Assembly (NCBI GenBank): GCA_903883645.1
Contig: CAISBR010000152.1
Coordinates: forward strand, 34,072-98,071
Source: an uncultured Myxococcales bacterium
GTDB taxonomy: Bacteria > Myxococcota_A > UBA9042
Length of the DNA stretch: 64,000 bases
Direction: 5' to 3'
Shown: positions 51,552 through 60,238 of the stretch, one piece after another
How the letters are laid out: each line of letters begins with the position of its first letter
How positions within the stretch are numbered: position 1 is the stretch's first letter
Translations under genes and position numbers: made by a program
Notes under the pieces: model-generated
Databases searched by the model: none
Seen by the model: only the letters and a program-made list of their open reading frames with translations
Told to the model about the DNA's origin: nothing

Positions 51552-54500
51552 CTGCAACCGCCCGAAGTCTGACCACAATCACAGCGGTAGCACTTGCCGG
51601 CTGGTGTCATCATGCGGCCACACGACGAGCACAGCGGCGCGTCTAAGCGAGCTTGATACAGGCGGTCGGTGGCGCGCGTCGTCTCAGCTTGGGTCTCGGT
51701 ACCACCGCCGGTGCCCAAGGCTTTGGCCGGGTCGAGCACCTTGACCCTGATGACGGCGCCGGTCGAGCCACTGGTGCCGCTCGAAGCATGAGCCGTTTCG
51801 CCGCCTTCAAGCTCAGCGTCGCCGCGGTCCAAGAACTTCAACGCCATCCAGCGGAAGATGTAGTCGGTGATCGACTTGGCCATCGGGATGTCTTTGTTGC
51901 CCGTAAAGCCCGACGGTTCAAAGCGAGTCGCGGTGAACTTGTCGGCCAGCACCTGCAGGGGCACGCCGTACTGCAGCGCCAGCGAGATCGCCGTGGCGAA
52001 CGCATCGAGCAGACCCGACAGCGTCGACCCCTCTTTCGCCATAGTAATGAACACTTCGCCCGGGCCGCCGTCTTCGTACATACCCACGGTGATGTAGCCC
52101 TCGTGGCCAGCGATCGAGAACTTGTGGGTCAGCGCCTGTCGCTCATCGGGCAGCTTCTTGCGGAAGGACCGAAACACCTCGCGCTCCACGATCTTTTCGA
52201 CAATCTGCGCCGGATTCTGCGAAACGGGGGCGTCTTGCGGCCGACTGTCGCTGCCGTCTTCGTTCTGCCTTTTGGTCGAGAGCGGCTGAATGCGCTTGCA
52301 GCCGTCGCGGTAGATCGCCACAGCCTTGACGCCCATGTGCCACGCGGCCATGTACGTCTTTGCAATTTCTTCCGAAGTCGCTTCGCTCGGCAGATTCACG
52401 GTCTTGCTGATCGCGCCCGACAAGAACGGTTGCACCGCGCCCATCATCTTGAGGTGGCCCAAGTAGTGGATCGAGCGCGAGCCATTGGCCGGCCGGAAGG
52501 CGCAGTCGAACACCGGCAGGTCCTTGTCGAGCAGGCCCGGCGCACCTTCGATGGTGTCATTCTGATCGACATAGGCGGTAATGCCCTCGATCTGCTTGGG
52601 CGAATAGCCGAGCCGGTCCAGCGCCTCGGGCACCGACTGATTGACCATCTTCAGCGTACCGCCGCCGACCAGCTTCTTGTACTTGACCAGCGCGATGTCG
52701 GGTTCGATGCCGGTCGTGTCGCAGTCCATCATAAAGGCGATCGTGCCCGTGGGAGCCAGCACGGAGACTTGGGCGTTGCGAAAGCCCGCCTTGCTGCCCA
52801 GCTTCAAGGTTTCGTCCCAAACGCTGCCAACGGCGTCCATCAGCTCGCCAGGAGCGAACAGCGCATCGATGCCCGCCACCGCCGCACGGTGCTTCTCCAT
52901 CACAGCCAGCATGGGCTCGCGGTTCTCGGCATAGCCCGGGAAGGCGCCGAGCTGCTCGGCCATGCGCGCCGACTGCAGGTTGGCCTCGCCGTGCATGAGC
53001 GCCGTAATCGCCGCCGCGAACGCACGCCCCTCTTCGCTGTCGTAGGCCAGGCCGCGTTTCATCAGGATCGCACCCAAATTCGCATAGCCGACGCCCAGTG
53101 GCCGAAACGCATGGCTGTTCTTCTCGATCGCCGCGGTGGGGTACGCCGCGAAATCGACCAGAATCTCTTGTGCCGTAACCGTCACATCGACCGCGTGCTT
53201 AAACGCCTCGACGTCGAAGTCGCCGCGCGAGCCGACAAACTTCATCAGATTCAGCGACGCTAAGTTACAGGCCGAGTCGTCGAGGAACATGTACTCGCTG
53301 CACGGGTTGCTCGCATTGATCCGCGCCGTGTTCGGGCACGTGTGCCAGGCGTTGATGGTCGAGTCGAACTGCATGCCCGGATCGCCGCACCACCAGGTCG
53401 ACTCGGCGATGGCGTCCATGACTTGCCGCGCGCGGTACGTGTCGACCGTGCGGCCGTTGGTAATCGCCTTGGTCTCCCACATCCCGTCCGTCTCGACGGC
53501 GGTCATGAAGTTGTCGCTCACCCGCACCGAATTGTTCGAGTTCTGGAAGAACACCGACCCGTAGGCCTCGCCGTCCATCCGCCCGTCGTAGCCGGCCTCA
53601 ATCAGGGCCCATGCCTTCTTCTCCTCTTTCTCCTTGCAACGAATAAACTCCATGATGTCTGGATGTTCAACGTTCAAGATCACCATCTTGGCCGCACGCC
53701 GCGTCTTGCCGCCGCTTTTGATCACGCCGGCGAAGGCGTCAAACCCCTTCATGAAGCTGACCGGACCCGATGCCTCGCCGCCACCCGCCAGCACTTCGCG
53801 CGAGCTGCGAATCGGACTCAGGTTGCTGCCGGTACCCGAGCCGAACTTGAACAGCATGCCCTCGGTCTTGGCGAGCGTCAGGATCGACTCCATCGTGTCG
53901 TCGACCTTGTTGATAAAACACGCCGAACACTGCGGCTGCGCCTCGACGCCCACGTTGAACCACACCGGAGAATTGAACGACACGCGCTGGTGCAACAGCA
54001 TCCAAGTCAGCTCGCCTTCAAAGGTCTGTACGTCGTCTTCGGTGGCAAAGTACGCAGCCTGGCGTGCCCATGCTCCAATGGTGCCTACCACGCGACCGAT
54101 GAGCTGGCGCACGCTCGACTCGCGATCCGCCGTGCCCAGCGTGCCGCGGAAGTACTTCGACACCACGACTGCAGTAGCCGTTTGCGACCAAAATGCGGGG
54201 AACTCGACACCCTTTTGCTCAAAGATCACTTCGCCGCGGGTGTTGCTGATCGACGCCGTGCGCCGGTCCCAGGCCACCTCGTCGAACGGATGCACGCCGG
54301 CACGGGTGAAGCGGCGCGCCATGCTCAGCCCAGCACCGCGGTCGGCCTTGTGGCTGGCGGGCAAGCGGCGGCCGGCAAACTGCCCCGGGGCGACTGTCAC
54401 ACTTTCAGTGGGTTCTTCCATCGTCAACTCGTCAAAAAGCTTGGCCTGCACCGGGCCCCCTTTGTCTTCTAGGGTAACAGTTCCGCTCCGCCCATCACCC

Positions 54501-54556
54501 AACCCGTCTATCCGCGCCGTACGTAGTGTGTCGCCGCCCATGTTGATTCCGTCCAT
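51548..54556 (-). CDS. nrdJ: Class II (adenosylcobalamin-dependent) ribonucleotide reductase NrdJ with a Cys-rich C-terminal tail
   Basis: FWSQTATAVVVSKYFRG, SPVWFNVG, the catalytic-site blocks NPCSEYMF and AACNLASLNL-type (DSACNLASLNL), TGIEPD, and a C-terminal CSSCG...CYRCDCGQTSGGCS. ATG 54556 is preceded by GGAGG with a 6-nt spacer. The upstream in-frame extension to 54913 has low GC3 and contains the 18-nt repeats. Confidence 0.92.
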   Translation of the reverse strand: MDGINMGGDTLRTARIDGLGDGRSGTVTLEDKGGPVQAKLFDELTMEEPTESVTVAPGQFAGRRLPASHKADRGAGLSMARRFTRAGVHPFDEVAWDRRTASISNTRGEVIFEQKGVEFPAFWSQTATAVVVSKYFRGTLGTADRESSVRQLIGRVVGTIGAWARQAAYFATEDDVQTFEGELTWMLLHQRVSFNSPVWFNVGVEAQPQCSACFINKVDDTMESILTLAKTEGMLFKFGSGTGSNLSPIRSSREVLAGGGEASGPVSFMKGFDAFAGVIKSGGKTRRAAKMVILNVEHPDIMEFIRCKEKEEKKAWALIEAGYDGRMDGEAYGSVFFQNSNNSVRVSDNFMTAVETDGMWETKAITNGRTVDTYRARQVMDAIAESTWWCGDPGMQFDSTINAWHTCPNTARINASNPCSEYMFLDDSACNLASLNLMKFVGSRGDFDVEAFKHAVDVTVTAQEILVDFAAYPTAAIEKNSHAFRPLGVGYANLGAILMKRGLAYDSEEGRAFAAAITALMHGEANLQSARMAEQLGAFPGYAENREPMLAVMEKHRAAVAGIDALFAPGELMDAVGSVWDETLKLGSKAGFRNAQVSVLAPTGTIAFMMDCDTTGIEPDIALVKYKKLVGGGTLKMVNQSVPEALDRLGYSPKQIEGITAYVDQNDTIEGAPGLLDKDLPVFDCAFRPANGSRSIHYLGHLKMMGAVQPFLSGAISKTVNLPSEATSEEIAKTYMAAWHMGVKAVAIYRDGCKRIQPLSTKRQNEDGSDSRPQDAPVSQNPAQIVEKIVEREVFRSFRKKLPDERQALTHKFSIAGHEGYITVGMYEDGGPGEVFITMAKEGSTLSGLLDAFATAISLALQYGVPLQVLADKFTATRFEPSGFTGNKDIPMAKSITDYIFRWMALKFLDRGDAELEGGETAHASSGTSGSTGAVIRVKVLDPAKALGTGGGTETQAETTRATDRLYQARLDAPLCSSCGRMMTPAGKCYRCDCGQTSGGCS

Positions 54557-54691
54557 GTCTGCCTCCGCGTCCCTATCGATTTTGTTCAATATTCGATTCG
54601 AAGTGGCGAACTTTGCCCGCGAGCCGTCGCGCCGCTTGGGCGGCCCCCTGCCGTCAGCCGCAGCGATCTGTTCGCCAAACGGCTCCCACAG

Positions 54692-54760
54692 GGTGAGTTG
54701 CGCTGCCGGGGTAAGTTGCGCTGCCGGGGTAAGTTGCGCTGCCGGGGTAAGTTGCGCTGA
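54692..54760. repeat. Tandem repeat, about 3.8 copies of an 18-nt unit (plus strand GGTAAGTTGCGCTGCCGG; transcribed strand CCGGCAGCGCAACTTACC)
   Basis: Read directly: units at 54692 (GGTGAG variant), 54710, 54728 and 54746 (truncated). They lie 136-204 nt upstream of the nrdJ ATG. Confidence 0.95.
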
Positions 54761-54913
54761 ATTTGGGGTGCGAAAAGACGTCGGGCGACTGCGCCGCACC
54801 GGCGGCCTGGCGATGTCCCCACCCGATGGCCTGCTCTGTGGCGTGGCCGGGTCGAGAAACCGCTGGTTGTCGTCCGTGCGTCGCGACCGTATCCGCTGCA
54901 TGTCGCACCTCAA

Positions 54914-54943
54914 AAGGTATCCCGGTCACCCCCGGGTGGTCAA
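54914..54943 (-). promoter_or_regulatory. Candidate nrdJ promoter (TTGACC-18 nt-TACCTT)
   Basis: On the reverse strand, TTGACC at 54943-54938, an 18-nt spacer, TACCTT at 54919-54914. This implies a ~350-nt leader. The -10 match is weak. Confidence 0.3.
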
Positions 54944-55388
54944 CTCTCCCGTGAGCGTCGCACCACAACCGGCGGTGTCAAAAAAAGCGATCGAATACTA
55001 CCGGTAGTGGTTTAACGACCTGCGGTCGCGCAATTCGGCGCAGGTCTCTGGCGCTGCGACGGCCGCAAAAAAGCCGACGACGACGTCGCGACCGAGGAGC
55101 CAAAACGATCAAGCGGCAGCACCCCAGACTCAGTGAATTTAGATCGAAATGTGCCCACGACCCCGGCGACAGAGGGGCAGTTCGCCACCGCAAACGGCCT
55201 GATCACCGTTACCGCGACCGGCGGGCTCCAACCGTCAAGTCGCCAACCTTGCAATTGAATTCCGCATCTCTCTGACCTCTATAGTCTTTTTCGCACCACC
55301 CTGCTAACGCGCTTGAACCGGCGCGCCGAACCGGCGATGCTGGCACTGTTTGCGCCACCGCGGTCTGCGCCGGCGCACCAGGAACAAC

Positions 55389-56417
55389 ATGCAATTCATT
55401 GATCAGGCAACAATTTTCGCGAGCTCCGGCGCAGGCGGCCATGGCAGCAAGTCCTTTCGCCGCGAGAAGTACATCCCGCGGGGCGGTCCCGACGGCGGCG
55501 ACGGTGGCCGCGGCGGCGACGTTGTGGTCGTTTGCGATCAACGCTCGCGGTCGCTCCTCGACTTCCACTTCAACCGCCACTACCAAGCCGACGACGGGGC
55601 GCCGGGCGCCGACTCGCGCAAGACGGGGCGCGATGGCGCAGACCTGCTCCTGCCCGTACCGGCCGGCACGCAAGTCTACGACGCCGACACCGGCGAGCTG
55701 CTGGGCGACGTGATCGAGCAAGACCAGCGCCTCGTCATTTTGAGCGGCGGCAACGGCGGCTGGGGCAACGTGCACTTTGCCACCGCCACCCGCCAAGCGC
55801 CCGACCGGGCCAATCCCGGCCAGCCCACCAAGACGCGGCGCCTGCGCCTCCAGCTCAAACTCCTCGCCGACGTGGCGCTGGTCGGCTTCCCCAACGTGGG
55901 CAAGTCGAGCTTGATCCGAGCGATCTCGGCATCGCGCGCCGAAGTGGCCGACTACCCGTTTACTACGCTGGTTCCCAACCTGGGCGTGGTTCGCCATCGC
56001 GGCCGCACCTTCACCGTCGCCGACATTCCCGGCCTCATCGAGGGCGCAGCGAACGGTGCGGGCCTGGGCATTCGGTTCTTGCAGCACATCGAGCGGTGCA
56101 AAGCTTTGTGTTTTCTGCTGGTCGACGGTGCGGAGCCCGAGCCGCTGCAGGCCCTGGCGATTCTGCGGGCCGAACTAGCGGCCTACGCCCCTGACTTGGC
56201 CGAAAGGCCGGCAATTTATTGCCTTGCCAAAGCGGATACGCTGGGCCCCGACGCCGACGCCCTGGCTGCCCAGCTCAGCCGCCACCTGGCCGCTCCGGTG
56301 TTTGCCATCTCGCCGATCACGGGAGCTGGAATTGCTGCGCTTCTCAACCACATGGCCGACCATTTCGTGCCGGTCATCGAGCCGATCGTGGGCGAGTGGT
56401 CGCCGCTCGACCCCTAG
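55389..56417 (+). CDS. obg: GTPase Obg/CgtA
   Basis: MQFIDQA.I....G.GG.G..SFRREK..P.GGPDGGDGG.GG (Obg fold), G1 GFPNVGKSSL, G3 DIPGLIEGA. Confidence 0.95.
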   Translation: MQFIDQATIFASSGAGGHGSKSFRREKYIPRGGPDGGDGGRGGDVVVVCDQRSRSLLDFHFNRHYQADDGAPGADSRKTGRDGADLLLPVPAGTQVYDADTGELLGDVIEQDQRLVILSGGNGGWGNVHFATATRQAPDRANPGQPTKTRRLRLQLKLLADVALVGFPNVGKSSLIRAISASRAEVADYPFTTLVPNLGVVRHRGRTFTVADIPGLIEGAANGAGLGIRFLQHIERCKALCFLLVDGAEPEPLQALAILRAELAAYAPDLAERPAIYCLAKADTLGPDADALAAQLSRHLAAPVFAISPITGAGIAALLNHMADHFVPVIEPIVGEWSPLDP

Positions 56418-56476
56418 CGCTAGGCCGGCCGGCAGGGGGCCGCGCCCAGCCCCTTGCTAAGGAATGTGTAGAGAAT

Positions 56477-56506
56477 TTGACCCAACAGGTCGGCAGATTC
56501 TATCCT
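56477..56506 (+). promoter_or_regulatory. Candidate promoter (TTGACC-18 nt-TATCCT) upstream of the TPR operon
   Basis: TTGACC at 56477-56482, an 18-nt spacer, TATCCT at 56501-56506. This is the same architecture as the mraZ promoter candidate. About 500 nt of leader follow before ATG 57006. Confidence 0.35.
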
Positions 56507-57005
56507 GGCCCGGTGCGCCACCTCAGCAACCACGCTGGCCGCAATGCAATAACGTGCTGGCTATTTGCTGAAGCGCTCCTTTCTTGTCGCAATTGCACGC
56601 CGTGACCGCGGCCCCAGGTGCGCCCTGGGTTTGGTCTTGCCCAGGTGGTGACAGCCGCCGGGCAAACGTGGCAAGATAGTGCGCTGGCCGGCGCGTGCCC
56701 AGGCGGGTGTGAGCGACCGGCGTTGCCCAACTAGCTTGGGCAGGCTCGCCGCGACCTCCGTCGCAGTTGGCTACAGAGGGTGAGCACGCTGGTCCGTGCC
56801 ACGCAACGGCGGCGCCCCGCAACAAGGCGCCCGAAACGACAGACGCGGACGCGCGTCGAAGAGACTGCAGTGCCCTGCGGGGCACCTAGCAACCAGTGGT
56901 ACGGGCGCAGTGGCGCTCCCTACCGCCGAGACTGCGGCCGAGGGCTGCGGCGGTGACGACCGAACCGCACTCCCGACCACCCCGATTGCAGCAAGTGAGC
57001 ACACC

Positions 57006-57821
57006 ATGGCACACCGCACGACCCACCTGAGCCCGATCCTGCCGCGCCGCCCTCTGCTGTCGCTCCGCGCGATCGTGGCAGCCGGCCTGTTGGTTAGCGC
57101 CGCGGCCTTCGCCGCCCCTGAAGCAGCCAAGCCCGCCGCCACAACGCCACCCGCAGCCAGTACTGCCCCGGCGCCCGCAGCCGCAGCGACCCCCGCCCCA
57201 GGAGCAACCCCCGCCGCCGCAGCGCAGCCTGCCGCCAACGTCAAGCCGGCTGCCGACAGCCCCGTGCCGCAGTCGGGCGATGCCCAGTACGAGGCCAAGC
57301 TGCGCACCATCGAAGAGCGCGTCGTCAACATTAAGGACCGCATTTTCAATACAAAAACCCGTCTACTCCTGCTCAAGGAGCAGATTCTCGAGCAGGTGAT
57401 CGCCGAGTCGCGCGCCGTGCTGGTGCACAAGAACGATATGGGCAACTTCTTCTTGCTCAAAGAAGTCACGTACTTCCTAGATGGCAAGAAGATCTATTAC
57501 CAGGACAACGCCAATGGGCTGCTCAGCCAGCGCAAAGAGTTCGAGATTTACAATGGTTCGGTAATCCCCGGCAACCATTCGCTTTCAGTCGAGATGGTCT
57601 ACCAGGGCAATTCGGACTTGTTCAGCTACCTGAAAGGCTACGTCTTCAAGCTGAAGAGCGCGTACACTTTCTACGCCACCAAGGGCCGGATTACCGAAGT
57701 TAATATCGTGGGTTACGAGCGCGGCGGTGTGGGCACCGACCTCGAGGACAAGCCGTACATCAAGTACGAGGTCAAGCTGATTCAGAACAAGAAGGACAAG
57801 GAAGAAGGGGGCGGCAAGTGA
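57006..57821 (+). CDS. Secreted protein: Pro/Ala-rich linker, coiled coil, C-terminal beta-rich domain (unknown function)
   Basis: ATG 57006 gives a signal peptide (LLSLRAIVAAGLLVSAAAFA|AP), then a PA-rich ~60 aa, a heptad region (YEAKLRTIEERVVNIKDRIFNTKTRLLLLKEQILEQV), and a beta-rich C-terminus. Its stop overlaps the next gene's GTG. Confidence 0.65.
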   Translation: MAHRTTHLSPILPRRPLLSLRAIVAAGLLVSAAAFAAPEAAKPAATTPPAASTAPAPAAAATPAPGATPAAAAQPAANVKPAADSPVPQSGDAQYEAKLRTIEERVVNIKDRIFNTKTRLLLLKEQILEQVIAESRAVLVHKNDMGNFFLLKEVTYFLDGKKIYYQDNANGLLSQRKEFEIYNGSVIPGNHSLSVEMVYQGNSDLFSYLKGYVFKLKSAYTFYATKGRITEVNIVGYERGGVGTDLEDKPYIKYEVKLIQNKKDKEEGGGK

Positions 57822-60238
57822 CCAAGACCCCGGAACAGCCCCTGCCTGTGGGGCCAACGTCGCGCGCGCTGCGACGGACGCTGGCTGCGGCGCTGGCCAC
57901 TTCGCAAGTGGTTGGAATCGCGGCGAGCGGCGTTTTTGCCGGGCTGCTGTCGCCACACTGCGCGTTGGCCGGTGAAGCAGATCGGGCCATCAACAACGAT
58001 ATCAATAACATTCGCAGCAGCGTCACCCTAGTCGAAGACGATCTGAAGCGCCTTCGCGACAAAGAGCGCCGCTACCCTCTCGACCGGCGCTACGTCGACG
58101 CAACCCTGGCTTACGAGCGCGGGAATCTGCCCACGGCGTCTGTGCTTTTGGTCGATCTGGTGGGTAACTCGGAGTTCCAGCTCGGCCGCGACTACATCGA
58201 CGCGCTGTTCATGCTGGGCGATGCCCTGTACCGGCAGCGCAACCATGGCGGCGCACGGCGCTATCTCGAAAAGGTCCTGAATACGCCCGGTACCAAGTGG
58301 TATCAAAATGCCCTGGCTGAACTGGTCGACATCGCCGTGCGCATGCACCGCATGGACGAGGTTGCGGTCTTGGCCAAGCGGCTCGACGCCGTGCCTCCGG
58401 GCGACCGCAAAAGCGAGCTGTTCTACCAGTTTGGCCGGTCGTATTTCGCCGCCAAAGATAACATCAAAGCCCAGGCTTATCTTGAGCAAGTGTCGGTGGG
58501 CGATGCCCGCTGGCCCGCAGCGCGCTTCTACTTGGGCGCTGTGCTAGTGGCGCAAGGCCGCAACGACGATGCGATCACCGAGTACAAGCGCGTAGCCGAG
58601 GCCGGCGTGGCGGCGCAAAACGACCCCAAGCGCAAATTCGACGCTACGGTCACCGATTACGTCAACATCGCCCTGGGCCGGCTGCTGCTGAACAAGAAGA
58701 AGTACGACGAGGCGGTGCAATACTACCTAGCGATCGAGCGCAATTCGCCGATTTTTGAAGAAGCGCTGTTCGAGCTGGCGGCCACCTATGTGGCCAACAA
58801 CCAGCCCAAGCGCGCGATCGAAGTGCTGGATGTGCTGCTGCTGACGGTAAGCGACGACAACGTGGCGGTACAGGCCGCCGTGCTGCGCGGTCGTATCAAC
58901 ATGCTCGACAAGCAGTACGACAAGGCCGACGCGGCGTACAAAGAAGTGGTGGAGCGCTACTCGGCCATCGAAGGCGAATTGCGCAGCTTTGCTTCGTCAG
59001 ACAAGAACTTAGAGCAGTTCTTTGCCTGGTTGTTGGCGCGCGGTAGCGATGACTACTCGGTCGTGCGGCCCGTGTCGGAGCGCGTGGCCCGCTATGTCGA
59101 AAAAGACGAGGATATGTCGCGGGTCGTGGGCCTTTTCGACGACATGAGCGCCGAGCGGGCCGATGTGAAAGAGAGTGCCAAGCTGGCCGCCACGCTCGAC
59201 GCGGCGCTTCGCGAGGGCGCCCGCCTCGACATGTTCCCCGACCTGAAAGATCCGTGGGTACGGCTGAACGAGAATCAGAATCGCGTGGTCGATGTGGGTA
59301 GGCGCATCGTCGAGGCGCTGCGTGCCCAAGCACTGCCGTTCCTCGCCCCCGAAGACAAGGGGCGGGCTGAGCTGCTGTACGAAGCGCGCAAAAAACTGGA
59401 AGAGGCGTTTGGCAAGGTACCGCATAACGCCGACGCCTACATCAAGCGCCAGAACCGTGTCGCCAACGATTTCGCTAGCTTGGCTGGCGACGTCGGCTTC
59501 TTGAAGGCCCAGCTCGCCAACGTGAAGGACCAGCTGCTGAGCGTTGAAAAGATGCTCAACGAGCGCGTGTTCGGCGGCGAAGGCGTAGTCCTGAGCAAGG
59601 CCGACGAAAAGAAGATTCGCGAAGGTCTGCAAAACGAGAAAGACGAGTTGCGGCGTATTTACCGCGACTTGGAAGAGGTAGCTGTGCAGGTCGATGTGCA
59701 GTCGCAGACCGTGGGCGCAGGCGACAAGGTCTCGGGCGACGAGGCGGTGATTCGCCAACGCCTGTTGGCCGCCCAGCGCGCCGAGTCGGAGCTCTACGTA
59801 TCGGTGCTGCAGCGGGCTGCCAGTGGCGATACGACGGGGCTGCAAGTGGCCCGGGGTACTGCAGAAAAGCTGATGGGCGACATCATTGTCGATCAAGGCA
59901 TTGTGCAGGACCGCGCGTCGGAGCGCCTTGTCGGCATCCGCAAGGTCCTGTCGCAAGAGCAACGCAACATCTCGGAATACCAGGTGTCTGTGCGTGCGTA
60001 CGAAGACGACTCGCGCTCGCTGGCCCGGCAGGTCGGCTACACGCTGGTGCGGGCGGCACAGAACCGCCTGTCTGAAATCATTTTGGAAGCCGACTTGGGT
60101 TTGGTCGACGTCGCATGGCAGCGCAAGCAAGAGAAAGCTACGGCTATTCGCGAGTTGCAAGACGAGCGGGCCGGCCGGATCAAAAGCTTGGGCGACGTGA
60201 TGAACAACCTGAGTGGCGACGGCAGCGAGGAGGAATGA
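57818..60238 (+). CDS. Secreted/periplasmic TPR plus long coiled-coil protein
   Basis: N-terminal signal-like region (...SGVFAGLLSPHCALA|GE). TPR-like repeats (YIDALFMLGDALYRQRNHGGARRYLEKVL, ARFYLGAVLVAQGRNDDAITEYKRV, EALFELAATYVANNQPKRAIEVL), then ~400 aa of heptad-rich sequence. It is translationally coupled on both sides. Confidence 0.8.
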   Translation: MTKTPEQPLPVGPTSRALRRTLAAALATSQVVGIAASGVFAGLLSPHCALAGEADRAINNDINNIRSSVTLVEDDLKRLRDKERRYPLDRRYVDATLAYERGNLPTASVLLVDLVGNSEFQLGRDYIDALFMLGDALYRQRNHGGARRYLEKVLNTPGTKWYQNALAELVDIAVRMHRMDEVAVLAKRLDAVPPGDRKSELFYQFGRSYFAAKDNIKAQAYLEQVSVGDARWPAARFYLGAVLVAQGRNDDAITEYKRVAEAGVAAQNDPKRKFDATVTDYVNIALGRLLLNKKKYDEAVQYYLAIERNSPIFEEALFELAATYVANNQPKRAIEVLDVLLLTVSDDNVAVQAAVLRGRINMLDKQYDKADAAYKEVVERYSAIEGELRSFASSDKNLEQFFAWLLARGSDDYSVVRPVSERVARYVEKDEDMSRVVGLFDDMSAERADVKESAKLAATLDAALREGARLDMFPDLKDPWVRLNENQNRVVDVGRRIVEALRAQALPFLAPEDKGRAELLYEARKKLEEAFGKVPHNADAYIKRQNRVANDFASLAGDVGFLKAQLANVKDQLLSVEKMLNERVFGGEGVVLSKADEKKIREGLQNEKDELRRIYRDLEEVAVQVDVQSQTVGAGDKVSGDEAVIRQRLLAAQRAESELYVSVLQRAASGDTTGLQVARGTAEKLMGDIIVDQGIVQDRASERLVGIRKVLSQEQRNISEYQVSVRAYEDDSRSLARQVGYTLVRAAQNRLSEIILEADLGLVDVAWQRKQEKATAIRELQDERAGRIKSLGDVMNNLSGDGSEEE

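Noticed and set aside
54557-54906. Cobalamin riboswitch in the nrdJ leader
   Set aside because: I looked for the B12 box (GCCACUG context) and the GGGAA/GGUGAAA core motifs on the transcribed strand and found none. A B12-off switch on a B12-dependent enzyme would also be illogical. An Infernal scan is still worthwhile.
54557-54913. In-frame N-terminal extension of the nrdJ ORF (TTG 54913) that would translate the 18-nt repeats as (AQLTPA)n
   Set aside because: Third-position GC drops sharply (caa, ctt, gca, aat, ata codons). The extension contains an AT-rich island. A strong GGAGG SD precedes ATG 54556, where NrdJ homology begins.
54997-55008. Perfect 12-bp palindrome ACTACCGGTAGT upstream of nrdJ, considered as an NrdR box or operator
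   Set aside because: About 64000/4^6, roughly 16, such palindromes are expected by chance in this window. It matches the NrdR-box consensus at only about 10 of 16 positions, I found no second box at the usual ~31-bp spacing, and it lies about 440 nt from the ATG.
55209-56087. 292-aa ORF antisense to obg
   Set aside because: Shadow ORF opposite a gene with clear Obg-fold and G1/G3 GTPase motifs.
56600-56700. c-di-GMP-I (GEMM-I) riboswitch in the leader of the TPR operon
   Set aside because: Only a GGGCAAAC fragment resembles the motif. The second conserved block (ACGCAAAGCC) and the paired-helix architecture are absent.
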